From Patescibacteria group bacterium (GTDB taxonomy: Bacteria > Patescibacteriota > Minisyncoccia > Ryanbacterales > GWA2-47-10b): a stretch of 64,000 nucleotides of DNA. This document shows positions 58,537 to 64,000 of the stretch, one piece after another. The DNA lies in contig JBBTSE010000002.1 in NCBI GenBank assembly GCA_038064855.1, forward strand, positions 8,530 through 72,529, in the 5' to 3' direction. The notes below the pieces were generated by a model that was not told the origin of the DNA, ran no database searches, and worked only from the letters and a program-made list of their open reading frames with translations. Within the stretch, counting starts at the first letter, position 1. Each line of letters starts with the position of its first letter. Position numbers and translations under genes: made by a program.

Positions 58537-58560
58537 AGCAACCCTCTAGGCGATTTTCTT
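58528..58560 (+). terminator. Rho-independent terminator (GCCTAGAG-caaccc-TCTAGGCG + T run)
   Basis: An identical hairpin recurs at 61404-61440. Confidence 0.6.
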
Positions 58561-58593
58561 TTTCATTTATCAGTAATATGTTTTAATAGAGGT

Positions 58594-58884
58594 ATGGATA
58601 AGATCTTTTTAAGACGGCAAATTATCTCGCTCGGTTTTCTGGTGTTTCCGTGGTTGGTGGTTTTATTTTTGTTTGGTATAAAACCAGGATTTCTCGCCGG
58701 CATGTTTTTTATCTCATTTAGTTTTTTTCTTAGTTTGGTTGCATTATTTCGTATTGCGAAAGATTGTTATGCACGACCAAGGCCGCTTTCTTTTGTGTTG
58801 CTTATTTTAGCTATCGGTAATGCCAGTTTATTTAGTCTTTGGATATTTGGTTTTTTTGCTTTTTTCGGGCTCAACCCTGCTTAG
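58594..58884 (+). CDS. Hypothetical small membrane protein
   Basis: Three hydrophobic helices. AT-rich codon usage consistent with its neighbours. Confidence 0.35.
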   Translation: MDKIFLRRQIISLGFLVFPWLVVLFLFGIKPGFLAGMFFISFSFFLSLVALFRIAKDCYARPRPLSFVLLILAIGNASLFSLWIFGFFAFFGLNPA

Positions 58885-58964
58885 TTGACTAATTTATAAT
58901 AACGGGTTATTCTTTCTTCGGAAGTTCGTTTCAATCTTTCACCAACCGAAGAAGGAGATGAAAA

Positions 58965-61397
58965 ATGCACTCGAAGAAAAGTGGCCTCATCACCGTGGCG
59001 ACGATTTTCGTCACCGTTCTACTTTCTGCAACAGCTGATGCGTATCAGACTATCGCGCACCGCTACATCACCTGCAAGGCGCTCGAGGGCTTGCGTGACC
59101 CTTTGCCCGAAGCTCATACGGAGTTTCGTCAGTACGCCCATTGCGACGACTGCACTATCTTCAAAGGGGACTACTGCATTGGTCTTTCTCTTTTACCCCC
59201 TGCCCCTTCTCAGTCGCTAATTCACGCCATTCGAACGCCAGAGTGGCAGGAGGTAGAGTTTTGCGGCGGTCTGAATGGACCAACCTATCAACCTCCTGGG
59301 CATATTACTATCGCAGAACTAGAGGTTCTATACGACGGCGATGATCTAGTTACGGGGTCGTCAGTTGAAGATGCTTTGAATGCAGTTGATCCACGAAGTA
59401 ATCTTTTTACGCCAGCCTTCGCCAGTCACTTTTGGGATCCTGATATCTATCACTCTTCATTTGTAGGTGACTTTGATGGAGGGCTAGCTGTCGCCGTTCG
59501 ACCAATAACCCGTTTTCTCTTCTGCGATTCTGGTATCTCAAATAAGTGTCGTGTTCGTCAGTCTTCGTATCATCGAGCTCAGGCACTTTGGGCGACTGCC
59601 GTCTCGCTTTATCGCGAAGGCAAGACCCGAGAGTCGTACTATGCTCTAGGTCGCGTCGCTCATCTACTTGAAGATCTCACGAGTCCTGCGCACGTGCATG
59701 GTGATAACCATAATGGGGATAAGAGATCTAGACCATTCTTGCATACTTGCTGTGGAGGCGGTCGTCACCCCGACTCTCGTCCAGACACCCTCGAAACCTA
59801 CACGGCGAGCAAAGAGGTACTCCAGCGAATGAATCGCAAGAAGATCCGTCCATACAAAGACGAGCAACTTTTGAGTGATGACATTTGGGATTCGCTCGAT
59901 GCTGACCAAAAAGGGCGTCTCTTCAAACTCTTTTGGTTTACCGCTCAGAAGACACAATACTGGGCGAGCAATGGTGATCAAAATCCAAACGGGCCGCTTC
60001 CCGGTGATCAGCAATGTAGCGAGGATATCCCTGATACTTCAACCATCTGCGACGAGTATGCGTTTGGTACGCTCGGCGAGCCGAACATTTACTTCGATAA
60101 AGATGGCAATACAGGATTTCTCCCGCTCGATCTCTGGTCAGCAAGCAACTCGCCGCTCACACTTCCGTGCAGAATCAATACTTCACTGCCGGGAGAGCAG
60201 AAGCGAATGGCGAAAGCTCTCTTGGGGCACAGCCTTTCCGCCGTCTCCGGTCTGTACCGCCTATTCTGGGATCAGACGCACGATCAAGACGGCGATGGAT
60301 ACGGCGTAGTCACTGACTGCGACGATGCCAATCAGTCGCGCTTTCCCGGCAACGCCGAGATCTGCACTGACCAGTTCGACAACAACTGCGACGGCACGGT
60401 CAACGAAAACTGCCCGTCGTTCACCATCACGCACAACCCGTGGAATGGTGACGGGCACCCGCACAACCTTGCCGATATTCAAGTTATTCGATCGGGACTC
60501 CTCTCTTCGTTGACAAGGCTTACTATAAATCCGGTGGGTGGATTCAATGAAGATGTGGAATTGCGTCTTGTGGGTGTTGCTCCCGACGAAGAACCGACAG
60601 GTCTTCCTGACGGTCTCGATGATGACTCTCTCCCTGATATTGGTGACGGCATACCTGATAGTGCGTATTCTCTCACCAGTCCTCCATGCTTGCCTCAATG
60701 TATAGGCGCGCGGTTCGGTGTCGGCGCAGGCATTCCCATCGACACAGTGAGCGCGAGCAACTACTCTATAGACTTCAGGGTAAAGACTCTCCCAGCGTTG
60801 CCGGTAGGGCGCTATATGGTCAAAGTTGAGGGCACAGCGGCTACCCCAGATGGCCCCGTGACTGGCTTTACTGAACTCGTGCTTGTGGTCGGTGACAGTA
60901 CATCAGTACCCTCCTTTACCATCACGCACAATCCCCGACCCGATTCTCACCCGCACCATCTGGCAGACATGACGATGGGTAGCTCTCAGCTCTCCTCCGA
61001 AGTCATCATTGGTGTGCAAGGCGTCGACGGGTTCGATGGTATGGTGACATTGACCGTCGTCGGTATGTCTCTCGACTATGAGCCCGTCAGAGTGCCCGAT
61101 GGCCCCGATAGTAATTCTTTGCCAGACGATCAGGGTGACGGTATTCCCGACGATTCAACCTATAGTACCGCAGTAGCTCAAAAGCTTACGCCCGTATTAG
61201 ATGGCGTCAACCGCTACTCAATCAATGTTTTGGCGGGGAGTAGTGTCGCGTTCAAGATTAGGAGAGTCAATCTCCCTCCTAATCGATACATGATCAAAAT
61301 CGTGGGTACCGCGACCGTCGGCAGTGATATCATCACAAATTCCAGTGAGATCTTGGTGGCAGTCGGCGAAGGTACATCCGGCTACATCGAGCAGTAG
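58965..61397 (+). CDS. Secreted multidomain protein: zinc-dependent phospholipase C/P1-nuclease-like N-domain, MopE-like Cys motif, two Ig-like repeats
   Basis: Signal peptide. ALGRVAHLLEDLTSPAHVHGDNHNG resembles the PLC/S1-P1 zinc-site motif. CTDQFDNNCDGTVNENCP is present. Two repeats SFTITHNP...H.LAD. Confidence 0.6.
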   Translation: MHSKKSGLITVATIFVTVLLSATADAYQTIAHRYITCKALEGLRDPLPEAHTEFRQYAHCDDCTIFKGDYCIGLSLLPPAPSQSLIHAIRTPEWQEVEFCGGLNGPTYQPPGHITIAELEVLYDGDDLVTGSSVEDALNAVDPRSNLFTPAFASHFWDPDIYHSSFVGDFDGGLAVAVRPITRFLFCDSGISNKCRVRQSSYHRAQALWATAVSLYREGKTRESYYALGRVAHLLEDLTSPAHVHGDNHNGDKRSRPFLHTCCGGGRHPDSRPDTLETYTASKEVLQRMNRKKIRPYKDEQLLSDDIWDSLDADQKGRLFKLFWFTAQKTQYWASNGDQNPNGPLPGDQQCSEDIPDTSTICDEYAFGTLGEPNIYFDKDGNTGFLPLDLWSASNSPLTLPCRINTSLPGEQKRMAKALLGHSLSAVSGLYRLFWDQTHDQDGDGYGVVTDCDDANQSRFPGNAEICTDQFDNNCDGTVNENCPSFTITHNPWNGDGHPHNLADIQVIRSGLLSSLTRLTINPVGGFNEDVELRLVGVAPDEEPTGLPDGLDDDSLPDIGDGIPDSAYSLTSPPCLPQCIGARFGVGAGIPIDTVSASNYSIDFRVKTLPALPVGRYMVKVEGTAATPDGPVTGFTELVLVVGDSTSVPSFTITHNPRPDSHPHHLADMTMGSSQLSSEVIIGVQGVDGFDGMVTLTVVGMSLDYEPVRVPDGPDSNSLPDDQGDGIPDDSTYSTAVAQKLTPVLDGVNRYSINVLAGSSVAFKIRRVNLPPNRYMIKIVGTATVGSDIITNSSEILVAVGEGTSGYIEQ

Positions 61398-61403
61398 CTC
61401 AAC

Positions 61404-61440
61404 CCGCCTAGAGCAACCCTCTAGGCGATTTTTTTTTGGT
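61404..61440 (+). terminator. Rho-independent terminator (same hairpin as 58528)
   Basis: aacccgcctagagcaaccctctaggcgattttttttt. Confidence 0.65.
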
Positions 61441-61463
61441 GTGGTAACAGCTACACTATATAC

Positions 61464-62096
61464 ATGAAATTAAATCTTTCTCGCGGTTCTTCGCCTCTCA
61501 TTATTGTCGCTCTCACTATTGTCGTAATCATCGTCATCGGTGGGGGGTACTATTATTTTACTCAGTCTCCAAAAGGTGAGATGGCCTGCTCTGCCGAGGC
61601 AAAGCTTTGCCCTGACGGTAGTGCCGTGGGCCGCACGGGTCCCAACTGCGAATTTGCCCCGTGTCCCAATGCGGATATGCCAAAAGATGCGTTGCCGCCT
61701 CCGGCGAAAGAAACACAACCCATCACTTTCACTGGCACGGTGCTAGCAGGATCAAAGTCACCGCTCATTGATTACAACAAAGCTGATTATGACAAGGCGC
61801 TTGCGTCAGACAAATTGGTAGTGTTGTATTTCTATGCAAATTGGTGCCCTATTTGCCGTGTAGAATTCCCTGAAGCACAAAAAGCATTCAATGAACTTAA
61901 CGATGATCGCGTGGTGGGCTTCCGTATCAACTACGAAGATAGTGATGTCACGCCTGATGAAAAAGTACTCGCGCGCGAGTTCAATATTACCTACCAGCAC
62001 ACCAAGGTGTTGATCAAAAATGGCAAGCGTATTCTTAAAGCGCCCGAGACTTGGAATAAAGATCGTTATCTTTCAAAGATTAAAGAGAATCTCTAA
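61464..62096 (+). CDS. Membrane-anchored thioredoxin-fold thiol-disulfide oxidoreductase (TlpA/ResA-like)
   Basis: N-terminal transmembrane segment. LVVLYFYANWCPICR carries the CxxC motif. Confidence 0.75.
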   Translation: MKLNLSRGSSPLIIVALTIVVIIVIGGGYYYFTQSPKGEMACSAEAKLCPDGSAVGRTGPNCEFAPCPNADMPKDALPPPAKETQPITFTGTVLAGSKSPLIDYNKADYDKALASDKLVVLYFYANWCPICRVEFPEAQKAFNELNDDRVVGFRINYEDSDVTPDEKVLAREFNITYQHTKVLIKNGKRILKAPETWNKDRYLSKIKENL

Positions 62097-62099
62097 GGT

Positions 62100-62864
62100 A
62101 TGAAACCAAAGCGCGATTGGAATATATTTTTCTCGGCAGTATTCTTTGTCCTTGGGTTTTCTCTCGTTTTCTCATTGTTGGGTGTGCTCTTGCAAACAGT
62201 TCTCTCAAATCTTGCATATGACGCGCAGATATGGGCACAGCGGATTGGCGGTGCCGTTGTCATTCTTTTCGGTCTGTATCTGACGGGTCTGGTCCGCATT
62301 CCGTTTCTTGAACGCGAATACAAAGTAAAAGTGCGCGGGCATTTTCGCTCGCACTTTATTACTTCGTTTTTGTTTGGCGCCGCGTTTGCTGCTGGCTGGA
62401 CGCCGTGCGTGTCAGCGGCGCTCGGTGCTATCTTGGCGCTTGCGAGTACCAACCCATCGTCAGCATTTGTGTTGCTCTTTGCCTACACGCTCGGCATTGG
62501 CATTCCGTTTTTACTCGTCGGGCTTTTTACCACACAAGCGCAAGAGCTTATCGGTCGCGCAGGAAAAAAACTTTTGTATTTCCAATATTTTTTCGGCGCC
62601 ATACTCATCGCCATCGGCGTTTTGATGTTTGTGGGCGATTTGAGCCGAGTCGCTAACCTCGAGATTTTGACGACCATTCTTCTCAAGTTTGGAGTTGGCA
62701 CAAGCGCGGGCGATGGCATCATGGCGCTCAGCCCCATCACCTTTGGCATCGCGCTCTTTGCTGGGTTTGCGTCATTTCTGAGTCCGTGCATATTACCTAT
62801 CGTGCCCGGATTTTTGACATATCTTGCGTCAACCGCAGCAAAAGAAAACGAAACTCATGGATAA
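62100..62864 (+). CDS. ccdA: Cytochrome c-type biogenesis/thiol-disulfide transporter CcdA (DsbD beta-domain family)
   Basis: Conserved Cys in transmembrane helices: AGWTPCVSAALG and SFLSPCILPIVPGFL. Confidence 0.85.
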   Translation: MKPKRDWNIFFSAVFFVLGFSLVFSLLGVLLQTVLSNLAYDAQIWAQRIGGAVVILFGLYLTGLVRIPFLEREYKVKVRGHFRSHFITSFLFGAAFAAGWTPCVSAALGAILALASTNPSSAFVLLFAYTLGIGIPFLLVGLFTTQAQELIGRAGKKLLYFQYFFGAILIAIGVLMFVGDLSRVANLEILTTILLKFGVGTSAGDGIMALSPITFGIALFAGFASFLSPCILPIVPGFLTYLASTAAKENETHG

Positions 62865-64000
62865 TACTTTACGCACGAGTATCCTTGTCGTTGTACTCGC
62901 ACTCATCGGCGGCAGTATTTATTATTTTGAATCGCAAAAAGTAAAACCAAATATTTCGATGCCGGAAAGTACTCAGGCAGATATCGCCCCGCGCGTCGTT
63001 GATGCCGATATGTTGCCGCCAGCACCTGGTGAAGGAAAGCCAGCCACTGCACCTGCTGGCATAAAAAAATCGGAGATGTATGGGCTCGCCAAAGAAATCG
63101 CCTCACCGTCAGGGTTCGTCAACACCAAACCATTTCGCATTCAGGATTTGATTGGCAAAAAAGTTATCTTAGTAGATTTTTGGACATATTCGTGTATCAA
63201 CTGTCAGCGTACTCAACCGTATCTCAACGCGTGGTATGACAAATATCACGACCAAGGTCTTGAGATTGTAGGTGTGCATACGCCCGAGTTTGGCTTCGAG
63301 AAAATATTGGCAAATGTGGAAAAGGCATCGCGCGATGCGAACATAAAGTATCCGGTAGTGCTCGATAATGATTATGCGACATGGAACGCGTACAAAAATC
63401 GTTTTTGGCCGCGCAAATATTTAATCGATATCGATGGCTATATCATCTACGATCATATCGGTGAGGGCGGGTACGCCGAGACCGAAAAGAAGATTCAAAC
63501 GGCACTCAGCGAGCGCATGGTAGTTTTAAATGAACGAGGGAGTGTTGCTGGCGGTACGGTGACACCTAGCGCTGATACGCCGAGTTTCAATCAGCAAATG
63601 TCGCGAGAGACTTATTTTGGCGCGTGGCGCAATACCAACTTTGGCAATGGTACACCGAGCACAGAAGGTGAGAAAACATTTGCGGTACCCGATGCAAAAA
63701 ATATTGATGCAGAAAAGTTTTATCTTGATGGTGCGTGGCAGATAGCGCGCGAGTATGCGAAAAACACTGAGAAGGGCGCGCGGCTCGTATTTCGATTTCG
63801 AGCCAAAGATGTCCATATGGTAGCGGGAGCGCCCAATGGCGCCAAAATCCGTATACTGCAAGATGGTAAGCCAGTCTCGGGAGGGGATGTCAAAAATGGC
63901 GAGCTCCAGATCCATGACTCAAAGCGCTACCATCTCATAGAAAATAGCTCATTTGGCGAGCATGTACTCGAGATATATATAGAAGACGCAGGACTTGAGG
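62857..64000 (+). CDS. Redoxin/TlpA-like thioredoxin-domain protein with C-terminal extension (3'-partial)
   Basis: Transmembrane anchor, then ILVDFWTYSCINCQRTQPYLNAWYDKY (CxxC). The ORF runs off the window end. Confidence 0.7.
   Translation, partial: MDNTLRTSILVVVLALIGGSIYYFESQKVKPNISMPESTQADIAPRVVDADMLPPAPGEGKPATAPAGIKKSEMYGLAKEIASPSGFVNTKPFRIQDLIGKKVILVDFWTYSCINCQRTQPYLNAWYDKYHDQGLEIVGVHTPEFGFEKILANVEKASRDANIKYPVVLDNDYATWNAYKNRFWPRKYLIDIDGYIIYDHIGEGGYAETEKKIQTALSERMVVLNERGSVAGGTVTPSADTPSFNQQMSRETYFGAWRNTNFGNGTPSTEGEKTFAVPDAKNIDAEKFYLDGAWQIAREYAKNTEKGARLVFRFRAKDVHMVAGAPNGAKIRILQDGKPVSGGDVKNGELQIHDSKRYHLIENSSFGEHVLEIYIEDAGLE

Overview
The window joins two compositionally different segments at about nt 22,900.

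Segment 1 (1-22.9 kb) is about 65% GC and rich in mobile-element genes.
- It opens with a 5'-truncated large serine recombinase carrying C-terminal XRE-type HTH domains, followed by a degraded IS256/mutator-family transposase fragment.
- A lower-GC islet (2.8-4.4 kb) holds two membrane-protein genes.
- An approximately 13.6-kb block (4.4-18.0 kb) is bracketed by imperfect ~90-bp direct repeats that duplicate the 3' end of radC.
- Inside that block is a five-gene minus-strand operon: a secreted Cys-rich repeat/lipase-like alpha/beta-hydrolase, an NHL beta-propeller surface protein, a small secreted protein, a membrane protein, and a 1029-aa TraD/TrwB-like P-loop ATPase with a nuclease-like C-terminus. 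A LuxR-type regulator is divergently transcribed.
- Downstream are radC, a second TraD-like ATPase paralog, a Cys-rich secreted peptide gene, a hicBA toxin-antitoxin pair and a Nudix hydrolase.

Segment 2 (22.9-64 kb) is about 40-50% GC, and its gene repertoire resembles a streamlined CPR/Patescibacteria-like genome.
- Housekeeping genes include yraN, HU, RNase Y, iPGM, ClpP, trigger factor, H+-pyrophosphatase, NusA, L28, a DEDD exonuclease and an M50 protease.
- There are four tRNAs: Pro-TGG, Gly-TCC, Arg-TCT and Pro-GGG.
- There are three large surface proteins: a Pro/Thr-rich linker protein with a MopE-like Cys motif, a cadherin-like repeat protein, and a PLC/P1-nuclease-like protein.
- A membrane-anchored zinc metalloprotease gene is flanked by 135-bp direct repeats.
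- A histidine kinase and a CheY-like receiver precede a very large type IV pilus locus: pilB, pilC and seven prepilin-like genes, two of them giant PilX-N-terminal proteins of 965 and 703 aa. A REP-flanked IS200-like tyrosine transposase (RAYT) separates these from pilM, pilN and pilO.
- A TlpA/CcdA/redoxin thiol-disulfide cluster sits at the 3' end.

No CRISPR array was seen. The sharp GC junction may reflect a chimeric assembly or cross-lineage acquisition.
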